DNA of 56,300 bases, counting the filler, from Catajapyx aquilonaris (taxonomy: Eukaryota), in the NCBI GenBank assembly GCA_000934665.2. It is 4 parts of 4 records of this genome, joined end to end, with 100 filler letters (N's around TTAATTAATTAA, not from the genome) between each part and the next. Parts side by side here need not be neighbours in the genome. Positions count along the whole stretch, not along the records: positions 14,106 to 28,103 come from JYFJ02007915.1; 3 more parts are not named here. One strand, given 5' to 3'. Under the pieces are notes generated by a model that saw nothing but the letters and a program-made list of their open reading frames with translations, ran no database searches and was not told the DNA's origin. The position numbers and the translations under genes were made by a program. This document shows positions 14,106-28,203 of the stretch, piece after piece. The first letter of the stretch is position 1. Each line of letters begins with the position of its first letter.

Positions 14106-16341
14106 TGCGCCTTGACCTTGGAATTACGCAACTTAGGGACAAAGGATGCCTTTTGTGTTTGCCAGAGAAAAATGTAAATGGCTACACGCTAAGAGAATTC
14201 CATATAAGGTCAACTGGTCAGTATGGAGGCCAGAAAATAGTGGACCCCACACACACACAAATTATATGCTCGTACTACAGATCCGAATTCATCGCTAAGT
14301 TTTGAAAGGGTGTCGCAAATTGCACTTTGCATGGGCTAAACATGGCGATAATGTCCCACTTGCTCGTGTCCTAAAACCGGTTGGTATCGTGATCTCTCCA
14401 CACGACCTAGGACATGAGAAACGGCCATATCCGATAGTACTTGATGAATGGTTTTCCCTGATGTCAGGTTAGGTTTGGAAAAAAAAGGAGGCACGCGTTA
14501 AAAGAAATTGTCTTGCACCATGCACATTTTCTTGACTAGCATGAGCTGCTGGAAATTATGATTTGTAAAGCACAATGACATGTTCATATTGGAACCCACC
14601 TCGTATTCGGCTGTTACAGCATATTATAACGGATGAAAACTTATAAGCTTCCGATGGGTCTAGATCAGACGCATGAATCATCTCGTGTCAGCAGAAAAGT
14701 CTGTTTCATGTTTATTACTATAGCATGCATTGGCCTCGCTTTATAAAACGTATTAAAATATTTTCCCTCTGTTTATTTATCAACATCCATGCTACCGTAG
14801 TTAGGAAAGTGACCATATCGCGTGCGAATTTACTAGACACAAACGTTACGGCAATGTGCTGCGCATCAGAAAGAAACAAGAGGATATTGAACCTCCATTT
14901 AGTTTACACAAGTTTTGCAACATTTTATCGAATGAAGTAGTGCACATTTCAATCTGCAAAAAATTGTGCGCACAATTTTTTTTCCCTGCAAGTCTCTTGA
15001 CCTTCCAAGTCACCCATCGACACCCAGCGACCTGCATAGATATGCTTCAATATATCCATGTAATTAATAACTCATATCGTCAGTTTTGTATCGCAAAATT
15101 CTCTAATGTTCTTTAGGGTTATTGCAGGGAGGGGATGGGAATTAGATGAATTCAATGTCCATATTATTAACAATAATATTCTTATTCTTAATGCAAAATT
15201 AAAGTGGACCGCATAAATTCCCATAATATCCGCGAAAGCAAGCCATATATGCAAATAAATCAGATCAAGGTGGAGAAACTTGGTCTATAACATATTTTTC
15301 TCTGAGTTTGAACCCCGGGCTTCCTTGTTGAAACGAATAATAATGTGGGCCTTCACCTCGCTCTTCTCTCCTCCAACCCCCCACATCACCTCCTCTTCCT
15401 GGAAGCCTCACACTCTACACACGAGGGCTTCACGTGATTCTCTCCCCCTCTCTCACAACCCCACCCACTCCACTTCCCTTCATCCCTGTGTACCCTGTAA
15501 CCCCACCACACCCTACATACAACAAGAAGGGGGAAAAAAAGTATCTCATTCAAACAGCTGAACCAGCAACAATAGTATAGCATCCATGGAGTTATCGCAC
15601 TTGTTAATTGCAGTCATTATCCTCATGCCCGTTTCGCTCCATGTGCATCAGGGACGTTTCCAAGGTGTCCTGTATACATTATGTGCATGTGACAGACCGT
15701 GGATTTCGCACAAAAAAAAAGAGAGGCATTTTGAGAAAGTAGGATAAATTCCCAAGGATGCTGTTTCCGTACAGTGCAATTTTCTTTGTGGGTTGGAAAG
15801 CGTAATAATTTTCGCGATTTGAATAATGGCACGGGAGGCGTGTGTTTTGAAAATAGGATACTGAGCTACTATTACAGCAAACACGCAATTGTCCAAACCT
15901 AGCAATCAGCGAGTTGGGAGCAACAATCAAGACGTTACCATTTATTTACAATTATGGCTAAGTGGCGTATAAAGCAGAATTCTCAGAATCTTGCAGTATT
16001 TTAAAAGTATGGGTGAAATTTCCGTCCCACTGCTACAGTTACTGCTAACTTAGCAGTACCAATGCGCACTACATAATCTTATTATAGTTCATCTCATGAA
16101 TGAACTATATCGTCCAGCACAAAGACATCGCGAAATTCCAACGTCCCTAGTTTGATAACAATTTAATTTTATGTGCTGTAGTCTACTTTTAAGGACATGA
16201 AGGAACAATGAATAAGTAAGCGAAATATGCATAGTGCAACCCTTGGATTTATAGCTCAATTTGCCAATGTTCGACTATAATAATTTCAGGATTATATTTT
16301 CTCGTGACACGAACATCCTCAATATTGGTCTAACAACTAAT

Positions 16342-16397
16342 CAATAAGCTCTCTATCACGGGGTAAAATAAATGAATAAAATAAATAAATAAATATA
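16342..16397 (+). mobile_element. Severely 5'-truncated retroposon 3' end with (TAAA)n tail
   Basis: CTATCACGGGGTA (16353-16365, also in the SINE 3' end at 23975-23987) plus TAAA repeats. Flanked by an imperfect direct repeat AATATTGG(T/CC)...TAACAACTAAT at 16321-16341 and 16398-16421. Confidence 0.6.
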
Positions 16398-17281
16398 AAT
16401 ATTGGCCTAATAACAACTAATACGGGTGAGTCCACATAAAATGTAAATCATAATGGTGAGGCTCACACTTGATTGTCTATATGCAAATTAATAGGCATTT
16501 CTCTAATAATAAACCGGCTTGGTCTGTCACACGAAGGCCGCGTGTGTTGACGAAAAACCCGCGAAATAATGAAACCGTGTCTGGGCATTGATAACCTGCA
16601 AAAAGGTCAGAGGGGACAGTAAAAAAAGTAGAGGGGTGTGTCCCGATCTCAATGTTTGACGATAAGGCGGGGGAGTCCAAAAGGGCACGTTTATGTCGGA
16701 CTTTGTTCTCATTCCAAAGAGTCAAAGGTCAGGGGAGAATGTTGGTTTGCAGAGTGAAACGTGCCGATCGACACGATGCATTATTTTGGGCGACCAGCTG
16801 AGTTGACATGCGTGTATTGCAGGGGGGGATCTGGTCACCCAATTCCACCTCAAAACCCCTCTCGCGAGAATATTTAAACCAAAGGAAAAAAAATATAGAG
16901 AGAAAAACCCTCCCACAATCGCTCTTGGCTCCGATTGGCTCCCATGTTGCTAAGCCACGTGAACAGCAGCAGGTCAGTCGGAACTACCAACCTTCGAGAG
17001 ACAGAAAAATATTTCGCACACGTTTTAACTGTTAAATAACAATTTGCATGTTGTGGTATAAGCGGTTCCGCTTCAAAGCCAAAGGGAGGGGGGTCTTTCC
17101 GGTTCGCCAAATTCAGGGACACACACACAGAGTGGAAAGGGTCAAACTTCATAAAGTCAATAGTCCGCCGTTTAATTAACTGCACAGTACCGATAATTTA
17201 AAAAAAATTAATCAAATTCAACGCTGATGTCATGCTTTGCCCTATCAAATTATCGCGGCCTTCACTTCATCAGCTATAATG

Positions 17282-17394
17282 CATTCAGCCTTAGAATAGT
17301 CCCTGACGTCACATGCCTTTTTAAATTGTTAAGTTGCATTAACTAGCATTGTCGACAACCATTGTGACGTCAGTAATTATTCTCAGGTTAAATG
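17282..17394. repeat. Decayed inverted repeat (MITE-like) with TGACGTCA in each arm
   Basis: CATTCAGCCTTAGAATAGTCCCTGACGTCACA pairs imperfectly with TGTGACGTCAGTAATTATTCTCAGGTTAAATG. Confidence 0.6.
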
Positions 17395-18816
17395 TTGCAT
17401 CGCCCCGATTGTCCAGTTCAAAAAGGTCCGGAGTTGTTCATTCCACCAACCAGGTTTGAACGAATACAGACACAATAGGACGTTACAATAATAGTACGTA
17501 TAGTGCACAATCAATCAATGAGGAAAGATCTGGTAGAAATTACTGCAAGAAACCATCAAAATAATGTTGCCAAAAAAAATATTGTTGCTGGAATGAACAA
17601 TACGAATTATTTGGGCTGTACATACATTTGCGGTGTTTGCACCTTGCACGTACAAACCTCGTGTTGATTGCGGCATATAGGTTCGAGAATGTGCGAATGA
17701 AAAAAAAAAAAAAAATCTTCCAAGCTTTCTCTTCATAGCTTTGTAAACATGGTACTAAATAGGCTGCGAGACAGTTTGGAAAGTGAGACTCGTGGTATTA
17801 TAACCAGACCAACATTTTTTTATTTTTTATTTGGCTTTTTCCTCCATCGATTTATCGTGGTTTGTCACGAGAAGCATGCTTTATTATGGATTCGTCACAT
17901 TATTGTCTGAACGGATAAATCACGTGCACAGAGGCTGCCAGTAACAAAAGGGGTGCCGTTATACACCGGTAAATTTGCACGCAAAAATTGTACACACCGG
18001 TACATAAAGTCCAATTACAACTCATGAAGAGTTTGAAAAGGCATTCACTGGAAAATAATATTAATTATTTGTAGTCATTTGATAATTTAACTACAATTTT
18101 TAGTACAGTTGTTATAAATGTGGAGAGACCCGCCATTTACATACAATAGTACCATTGTATGCAACGTCACATACACAATATTTTTTTTCTCTCTCTAATA
18201 ATTCCCCGTCGCATTGAAGTTGATTAACCGCGCAATAATGGGATCGGGTGTGGCAGAATAATCCGCAATTCGGCGCATGTGTGGAGCATGGTGAGAACAG
18301 CCTGCCCTCTTCTGGATACAGTTGGCAGGCCTGGTTGGTGCGGGAAGGGGGGGGGTAGCCTTATAGAGAGAGATTGTGTGATGGGGGATCCTCCTTCCTA
18401 AAGCAGCACAATAGTCGGCCAGAAGCAGAGGAGCAGAGAGGTACCGTGTAGTACCATACCCTCCTCCTGATCCGGGCGGGCCAACAGCCCCTGCCCCCCC
18501 TTCCTTAACACCCCTTTTTGAACGAGGCAGACATTATAGCTGAGCCGGCAGTGGAGATGTGCCAGGGAAGCCACTCCGCTGCACCAACAACACCTCTTGA
18601 AGCCAGAACCAAGGGCAGGACCAGCAGCGTGGGACAACAACCAGGGAGGAGGAGGAGCCTCCTCTACAGGCCACCGCTGCCTTTCACCTGTCCGCTCAGG
18701 CACCACCGCCGACCCTCCGTCAGGGTCCTCCTATAGCCCTGGCCAACGTCAATGCCCCAAGGGGGGCCTCCGTCACTACTACAACGCAGCAGCCCACGGC
18801 CGCAGCAGCAGGGACC

Positions 18817-21800
18817 ATGTGGTGCTTTGTGACCCAGCCGAACGCCGTCACCCTTGAGGTCGAGGTGGACCACAAGGCTACCGGACAACACTGCCTGGAG
18901 AAGGTAATTAGTCGACACACACATTTACACTGCAAACTGTTGACAACATTTAACGAACAGACCCCAGGTGGAGCAGGCACGACAATTTACTTGCTTATGC
19001 TGTATCAAAAACACAGGGTGACTCTAAATTCACAATACGTAGGGCAGGTTGTTAACATCGGTCGGCACAACTGGAAACCAACAATCCAATTATACATGCA
19101 TCCTGACTTTTAAGTCACCCTGTATGTGTCTGCATCTTAATTCATGCCAGAATGCAAGGAGTGGGTCGACTCCCTGTCAAATTTGCTGCACCGGCAAGAA
19201 CAACCGGCTGTCGTAAGTGCTTACTAATCAGGGCTAATTGTTACCTGCGTTACGTAAGGTTTCTGGCAGCATGCGGCTTTTGTTCGCTGGCCAACGTTCA
19301 TATGAAAGTCACTTGGTTCAAAGGTTGACATGTGCCAGCTTCTTGATAGTAATGACATGTACCGAGTGCAAATGTTTATGCAAGAGCCAATTTGGCCACA
19401 CGATTCAAATGATATGCACAAGTCGACCCCCCACAACTGCATAAGGGGACGGGGAGGAAAAAAGTGACATAAAATATTATAGGAACCTGCTAATGCAACC
19501 TTCGGTATTTAGAAATATTAAAGCATGGATAAAAGCATATTGGTATGTGATCAAACGACAGCTGTTGAGGACTGCAAGATATTACAAATCATAGGGTAAT
19601 ATTCTGACGTAGCTGAAATTTCCAGTCTTAACTTGTTATGATTTAATATTACGTGGTGTAACAACCAGAAAATAATTTAATGTGTGTGACATGGATTTTG
19701 GGCCACATGATGCTTTAAAAAAAAAGAGTTCCTTGGAAAGCTAAGGAAAAAAACTTTCACTCTGACACGATATGGTCTAAATGTCCAAGCAACTTGCATT
19801 CAGTTCAGGCTACGGACCAGTTCCCTCTGTTTGCGTATCGCAAATAGACTTCGTGAGCGGATAAAAACAGCCAATTGTGCTGACATGCCAACCAGATCCA
19901 ATTATTGCTGAAGAGTTCTGCCACTTGCACCGAATATGACGGACAAAACAAATGTTGGTTCAATCGGTAAAAAAAAAATCACTGCTTGCAAAAGTTGCTA
20001 GAACTACCACTTTTTATAGTGGAATCTTTCTGCTACCACAATTAGCAATGCAGGAAAAGATTGCAAAAGTGCTTGGAATAAGAGAACATGAATCATGAAT
20101 TTTTTTAAAAATTACTTTCGCAAAAGATTGAGAAGAAATAAGTTTCTTTATAAGCAATATCATGTTTTAACTTATGCAATGACACTTCATTTCTCTTGGA
20201 ATAAGTGTCTGTTCTTAATCTGAGCAGTCAGGTTACAATCATTCATTTGGGCAGAATGAGTCGCAGTCTTCTTTCGCTACTTTTGAATAATGGATCGGGA
20301 AAAAATTAATTCAGAAAATCAGGGCAGACTGAATTTGTCCTTTGAAATATCCATTCGGAAGCACTTGAACTTGGTAGAACTAATCCGGCTGTATTACATT
20401 GCAGGAAGTTCTGAATTATAGACAACAAGTTAAGCAAAAGCTTCTTTCCCAGAGAAACTTGATCATTGATTGCGCAATTCAGCTGTTAAGTCATCTGCCA
20501 TTATAAATTGATGGCAACAAGGAAGGGTAAAATTACACATCAAGATATTATTTCTCATTGGAACTCCAGGCCAAGGCCAAGTTTGCATTACCAGGTGATA
20601 ATTCTATTTCAAATATGGCATTACGTATTCCTGCTTTCCATCTGCGACTAGCACCTGCACTTCAAAAACCCAAGCAGACAAAAGTTGAGAAAAATCGAAT
20701 CGTATAGCAGTTACATATTGTTCGACCCAACTACCTCCTGGAGGATGTGCAGCATGCTAATGTGCCACAGCATAACATAGCCATGTGTCCATGAATTTGA
20801 TATGCGTATTTTTGTCGTGCTGTGTGACGCAGCAGCTGTGAGAGGCATATGACATCAATAAATCCTTGACAATAGACTTGTGCTGTACTGGCGAAAATAT
20901 GATCCCCTGCAACTGCTAATTTATTTGAATTATATTCCCCCCACATCTGCCCATAACATAATGATGGTGATATGCTGCAAGGGCACGCCTAACTGTCTCA
21001 TACACTTTGAAACATACTAGAGAGTAATGGTGAAACAGAATAAGGAAGAAACCCTGCACTCTCTGGCTCCATTGTGGCACAAATCTCATTTGGACACTGA
21101 ATAGGAAAGCCCACATATTCCTATACAGAGTGCCTCTAATGGACCTTGAGTCAGGGTCCATTATTGAATTATTATTGTTCGGTTCCGACAAAGGACTTTT
21201 AGTTCAACTTTAGCAGCTAATTGCTCCAATCCGCTCTAGACAGGCTTCACTGAACTCGTATGAAGCACTTCTAACAGGTGAACTATATCGTGAAGCAAAT
21301 TCTAGGAAGCTACTGGGTCATAAACTAGACACACAGTATTTTCATACTCTTTGCAAGTCTAAATAACAGATAACTTATTTCTTTAACTGTGTAATAACAC
21401 ATGTACGAGTAATTTACATCCAGAACTTCTGGTTGGGATGTTGTATGTGTGTATGTTGCAGACATTGTGGTGTACACAGTACAATATGTCCAACATCAAA
21501 TAATGCAAATGTGGCAGCAACAATCATTGGTAATGCCAAGATAGCGGAATTGCTTATGTTCCAACGAAACAGGCCTGTACAGAACAGAGCCACACACTGT
21601 AACAGTATTATAGCTGGACTAATTTTTTACTTGCTGCCATGAGCAACAGGGCACAATGTCCTATGTTAACAGCATTAAATTAACTTGGTCAGCTATCCTG
21701 TACAGTAGCAAAGACAAATATAGTCATAGATGACAGGCTGTCAAGGTCTGGTCATGAACAATGCAACTTCCTACAAAACTGATTATAGAAGCCAAGATCA

Positions 21801-24009
21801 GAGATCAAGTAGTGGAAATGAGATTAGCAGAGATAGGACTTTTAGACTTTGGAATTTGGCATGAAGTCATCCAGTTTAAGTTATGGAAATAATTCTCAGA
21901 TAAGTGATTTTGCATGGTACAGATATAGACAGACTTTGATCTGAGCTGGGACCCCAACAGAAGTGACACTGAACCTGATTTCTATGCCTTACAGTATGCT
22001 CCATGAGTAGCCTACTTTGTTGAGAGTCACTTTGAGCAAAGTCTTTGCTAAGAAGCCATGGTGGATGAAAATTGTTCAAGGGTGTTTGCATTTGAAAAAT
22101 AACACTTGCGTCTTTGACTAACTATTATCTATTGTCAGGCCTCACATGCCTCTAAAAGCATTGTAAAAGAGCAAAACATTCCATTTTCACTGACACAACT
22201 TATATATTTTGATTAGATTCTCAACGACAGACTTTTCCATGACGTGCAACTCGTTGCAAGTCAGAGAACTAATGGGTCAAATTTTTCTGCTTTGTTATAA
22301 AACACAATGTAGTTGCATGCTGCAAGTGTGGCATAGCAACAAGAGAGCAGCGAAGTAAAATTGTAATGCCTTATTAAACTGACACACCTTCCTGCACAGT
22401 ATGGTTCCGTGCTTTTGTAAACATTCTTTTCCTCCACAAGCATGCAATTTCAATGGTATCAGAAAGTATTCCAGCACAAGCAATAGCTAAGCTGCTTCTT
22501 TAAAGTAAAATCACATTTGAAAGTTATATGTTCATATATAACATGTTACGGACAATTCAGATCCTGACAAATAGTCGGACCAAATGAACCTGCATGTGAT
22601 TGTTCAAGGTTAGAAAATGAAAGCACCTCCTGGCACATGAGTCAGATACGGTATTTGTACCCTCCGACCCCAGTAACGCTTTCGTAATCCTACATACAGG
22701 TAAGCTGTACAATTACTGTATGGTAGTACTGTACAGTACAAGATTGCCATTGTGCAATCTGCAGCATGCCATAAAGAAATAAATCCTTGCCTTAATCATC
22801 CATGAAATTATGGAGTGACTTCACTACAAGCATTTCTCCTGAAATTTCACAATTACACAGCAACAGCACAAGTTCATGGATAAAACTTTCTTTCGCAGGT
22901 GTGCAAGAATCTTGGTGTGATTGAGGAGGACTACTTTGGACTACAGTACCGCGGAGCTAAGGGAGAGAATCTCTGGCTGAATCTGAGGAACCAAATCCGA
23001 CGCCAGGTGACCAGGCATCCACCACACAGATTTGCCCTCAGGGTCAAGTTCTGGGTTCCGCCACACCTCATTCTTCAGGAGACCACTAGGTAAAACTTTA
23101 TAAATGCCTTACTCGCACAAAGGAATAAATGTCGTGAACAAGCCTATGCCATATTTGATGCGATCGACATTTTCAGATCCCTGTAAACATGTGAGAATCT
23201 AAATGAATAAAGCCTCAACATAACGTTGCAGTTTTCCGCCCGGCATAGTTGTAGCCTAGTTAATGACGCCAGAGGGTATGAGAAAGGAAGGGTCAGGCAA
23301 AGGTTGAACAGAGGAAAAGGGGAGGGGGAAAAAATATGCAGGTAGAGAAAAAAGGGAGACAGGTGGGCAGGGTGATGGGAATGGAGAGGAAGGAAAGAGA
23401 GAGAGAAAAAAAAAATCTTGGCAAAACAAGTTCTGCTTCAAACTAGATTTAACCGGTTTGGACCGGAATGGCCTTGCATTTTAACATCTGTCAGGTTAGT
23501 AATCCTCAAAGGTGAGAGGCAATGGTACCCCAGTGGGTGTAGAGCAGGAATTGGGATACAACATGCCTGGAAGGTGCGGCAGTGCATTCGGACAATTTAA
23601 TTAATGAAGTATAATTATGAAAGCAGCTGCCAAATAAAAATTTGAATGACATTTTGTGTGCTTCAGAGTATTATCGGCACAATATGATTTGACCCTTTCT
23701 CAAAAGAAATGCATGTGAAAGCATCCAGGATAATATTCGGCTGCTATGTCAGTGGAAAGGGCAGGCGTCACTGTGGCCTAGTGGTTAGCGCCACAGCCTT
23801 TCACCTCTAAGGTCCCGAGTTCGATCCCCAGGTCGGACAGAGGATACTTATGTGGATAGAGTTTCGATGCGTTCTCTCTCCGTGTTCGTGTGGGTTTTCT
23901 CTGGGTTCTCCCGTTTCCTCCCACAATCAAAATCCATCACAGCGCAGGCAATGATTAAAGTTAATGAATGAGGCCTATCACGGGGTATCCGTTATTATTA
24001 TCATTATTA

Positions 24010-24058
<49 letters not shown>

Positions 24059-27000
24059 GTCAGTGAAAAGTAAGCACTTTTCACTCAAATCCTCATCTTC
24101 CATAGGCATCTGTTCTATCTACACGTGCGCCTCGAGCTGAGTGAGGGTCACCTCCTGTCCGACAATGGAAGCGAGACAGCCGTGAAGTTGGCTGCGCTTA
24201 TTGCACAGGCTGAGTCTGGCAATATCAGCGAAACCTCTCAGGCATCCCTGTATGCCTCTTGCCTGGGGCTGTCTGACCCAGAAGACCCAGAGAATGACGA
24301 TCTTTTGGACCAAGTAGCAAAGGAGCATGCTAAACTCAAAGTAAGTACCTTGGAGATAATTGTGTTATGCTACAAACGCAAATTTGAATTGAACCTTGCT
24401 TCTATTGGAATTGGTCCTTACCATGTATTTTCGTTGGCAACCATTTGAATTGAGTTGAAAATTATTTGCCAGACTCAAACAAATTGGCATGTTCTTACTG
24501 AATCTGTGATCGATTATAGATATGTTTCTATGTGCATTGTAGCTCCTAATCGAGACTGTAAATAATGATACTGTGATAGTAAATGTCACCTATTTCAACT
24601 TCATGGGTCGTTTTCTACATTGATTATTTTTTTTCCTCAGGGCATGAAGTCAGTGGCTGCCGAGTATTGGGTCCTGAAGGAGGTGAGTGATTTGGAGAAC
24701 TATGGAATGGATTGGTATCGTGTGAGGAACGCTGCCGGTGCCTGCATGCAGCTTGGAGTTGGGCCACAGGGAGTCACTCTAGATGACGAGGCTGGCAAGC
24801 AGTGGTGAGTTCAGGCGAGGGGGAGAAAAAAAGCTATGTTTAGATGGCTGGGAAGTTATTTTTGATGCAAGCATGGTTGGATAAAGTGGAGCAGAGAAAG
24901 CAGTGCCAAAGTTGTCTGAGGCGGGAGTCAAGGAAAAATGCAGGGTGAATGGGTTTGGCCCAGAGGATCTGCCAAACTGGGACATATTAATACACAGTTA
25001 CATGATAATGGATGCACATGGTGCATTTCATAAGTGGTACCAATTTTAGATGACTGTCCTTCACTCTGCAGTTGTGCGTCAAGCCTCTTGGAAGTCCTTT
25101 TGCAAGATTAATGTCATTTGTGATCCTAAAAATAGTGCAGCCAATAAAGTCAATATAATAAAAAGGAGCATTTTTGTACCTACTGTATGTTCGATACATT
25201 CCGAGTGTTGCTATTGTCAATAGTCCACACTAACAAATATGGAGATGAGAAGGAATTACATGACTTTCCTTAAGGTTCTTGGGTGAGCCTTTCAATGAGT
25301 CTTGGAATGACACCTGTTCATTAGTAACCTTCAATTTGGAAAATAATTTTCATATCATCTTGGTCTAGAATGCAGTCTAGAGTAATTTCTGGTAATAGAA
25401 AAGCGCACCATAACAGATTATGTAACCTTACATAACAAGTGCCTTAGTTTGGCAGCATGAAATTAGGCAAACTTGATTCTCATATTTCTCATTCCCCATA
25501 TTGTGAACGGCTCATCAATATCGCTTACCAGTAAGTGTAAATCAAAGCTGAAGTTCAGAAATATTATTAAAATTGAGATAAAAGCAGTGCAGTGCAATAA
25601 CTAATAATGCAATCAAATTTTCTGCAATACGCTTTGTCAACTGTTGACAGGATATACATTGCGCAGTTTGCAATGAAAATAGTAGGCCTACTTGGCACAA
25701 TTTAAATCTTTATAACTCGGCACAGTTTTAGCAATGACTCAAGATTTGCACTGGTACATGCCAGCCATCTCTGGAGAGAAACTGGAACTAAGCTTCTGAT
25801 AGAAGTAGGAATACGAGAGTTTTCTATGCCGGAATGGCAAGAGTAATTCAGATCGACTTAATTAATCCTTTTGGTCAGGCTACGTGATTCCACCTAGTAT
25901 AAAAATGACATCGAGAGATAGAAATCATTTGGCCATTCAGTGGACTAGTGACAGAAAGGTTACCTGGTGAAAGTATCCAGCCCCAAATGTATGAATGAAC
26001 GAGTATTTGCCATTAAATCTGGTCGAAGTATCCATGTCTACATAAATTAATGTTACTCAGTTCCGTGGGAATGTAAAACTAAAGCTGGCATTTTCTCCTC
26101 CTCAGCATAACGTACAATTCCATCCAGAATGTGAGGACGTCTGGAAAGACCTTCATCCTATTGCACAACAACAGTCAGGGAGAGACTGAAACAGTGGAGC
26201 TGAAGTTGGACACTTCCCAACTGGCCTATGGCCTCTACCGTGCCATCACCGAGAAGCACGCCTTCTATAGCTGCGAAACTGTCCGCAGCGCTGTAACGGC
26301 ACAGTTCATACGTGACCTCAAGGTAAACAGAAAATGCCTAGGAAATCGCAGTTGGCATTTGTACTTGCATTCGTATCTAGTGAAATAAAATAAAGTCATC
26401 TACCTAAAATCGTCAGAATGGATGTGTTTGTTATTAGCAGTAATTAATATTGAAGTTATCATCCTTATTAAGCCGTAGCACTATTATTGATGCTAATATC
26501 CCAGACATCCTGCCACAAGTTACATGTATGAGCTTCGGCCACATTGCCAGTGTGCTAACATCTGCACTCCCTTACTTTTCCATCTACAGGGTACGATCGC
26601 TTCACTCTTCAACGAGAATACAGCCTTGGGGAAGAAGTATGTGTTTGACATCCGTCGCACATGCCGCGAAGTATATGACAATGCCCGTCGCGTCCTGTAC
26701 CAATCGGGCCACCCATCTACAGGCCCGGATGCCACCCCTTCAAGATCCACCCGTCATCATCATCCTTATCTAGATGCATCAGAGGGGCAGGACTCATCCC
26801 CATGTGCCCATTCCTCATGCCAAACCCTCCGAGATCACCTAGCAACACTGCAGGATGCAATGACATGCCGTGTCTGCATGGATCGGGAGATAAACTCTGC
26901 CTTTTGCCCCTGCGGACACGTCGTGTGTTGCATGCAGTGCAGCGTACAGTGCGATCGATGCCCTGTGTGTCGGACTGCTGTAACACACACGCAACCGGTG

Positions 27001-27102
27001 TATCTGCCGGTGGCGGTTCATCTGCGTGCCCACCGTGAAATGGAGGATGAAGATCAGTTGGGGAGCTCACCGTCCACCGGCAGCTTTTTGGACTGTGACT
27101 GA
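18817..27102 (+). CDS. MYLIP: FERM + RING E3 ubiquitin ligase MYLIP/IDOL (dnr1-like), 468 aa. Exons: 18817-18903, 22899-23089, 24106-24340, 24641-24804, 26106-26322, 26590-27102
   Basis: N-terminus [35 protein letters not shown] motifs DYFGLQY and [36 protein letters not shown]-terminal [40 protein letters not shown]. All introns are GT-AG and phase-compatible. Confidence 0.95.
19014..19122. mobile_element. Tc1/mariner-type MITE related to 8682-8832
   Basis: CAGGGTGACT ... AGTCACCCTG|TA; shares internal AACCAACAAT and CAATCCAATTA words with the copy at 8682. Confidence 0.7.
23760..24055 (+). mobile_element. tRNA-derived SINE with V-domain-like core and (ATT)n tail, in MYLIP intron 2
   Basis: A box TGGCCTAGTGG, B box AGTTCGATCC, core GTGTGGGTTTTCTCTGGGTTCTCCCGTTTCCTCCCACA and ATT microsatellite tail. 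15-bp TSD TATGTCAGTG(G/A)AAAG at 23745-23759 and 24056-24070. Confidence 0.88.
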
Positions 27103-28103
27103 GCGTACTAGTCATACAGGGAAAGTGACATTCAAGTGCCATGAACGATCAGAAACAATGCAATCATGTGATAGTAGTGATCGCTTGTCTTTTTCCCTTA
27201 CAAACTGCAAGTGACAGACAAAACCAGACTTTCTTTTTAACCCGTAGACTTAAGCTGTATTTATTGGCTTCTTTACCTCAATGTAGTTAAGTCCTACCCT
27301 CATTTATGTGCACATTTTTGATCAGTATCACCGTTTCGCTTGATAAGAGAGGAGCTGCTTGAATTTCAGTATTCCATTTTTACATTGGATGGTATTTTGG
27401 CAAATTTTTGACAGTCAGACTTGTATGACTCACGTTTCTCATGCATAATTTTTTAAAAAAAGTATTGCACAATTTTCCACAGTTTGAACTGAACTACTTA
27501 AATGCAACAACAAATCTCGTATGAAAGCAATCAGCCGTCATACTCTGAAGCCTCAGGCTTTGTAGTAATTGTTTCATCAGGCTGTTCACAAATCAATGCA
27601 AACTATGATCTTTTGAGTCATAAAAGTTAGACTGAAGATGCCACACGTTATTTTAAGCCCATTTTTCATGTGGGCCAAATGAATAAAAAATTATTAATGA
27701 AACCTACCTCACTTGTCTGCTTTCGTGCCGCCATCCTTCTCTCCAGCCTCATAGATTTCCCGTCAGATGGGTGCTGCTGGCTGCAACCTAGCTGGCAACA
27801 GAAAGAAGACTTGTAAATCGACACCACAGCATTAGATGGACTACAGCAGATATGCAGTGGTCACTTGATATGGCCCTTCTGTGTCCGCTGACATTAAATT
27901 CCAGCAATGCTTTGCATGCCTCTGCAAGCACAACTGGCTGCCGCATGAAAGACACTGAATAAGTACCAGGCTCCGCATAATGGTTCATAAACGAACGGTG
28001 TGTTTCTATTCAAGGTGTCTTTAACTCATACTGGCCACTTTTTAACTATCCTTTTAAAAAATGCAACAGATACTCTGAGACAACAGGTGGCTCATTTACA
28101 GCT

Positions 28104-28203
28104 NNNNNNNNNNNNNNNNNNNNNNNNNNNNNNNNNNNNNNNNNNNNTTAATTAATTAANNNNNNNNNNNNNNNNNNNNNNNNNNNNNNNNNNNNNNNNN
28201 NNN
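28104..28203. other. Assembly linker (44 N + TTAATTAATTAA + 44 N)
   Basis: Seen directly. Confidence 0.98.

Noticed and set aside
23760..23840. tRNA-like sequence
   Set aside because: Head of a SINE with TSD and ATT tail.
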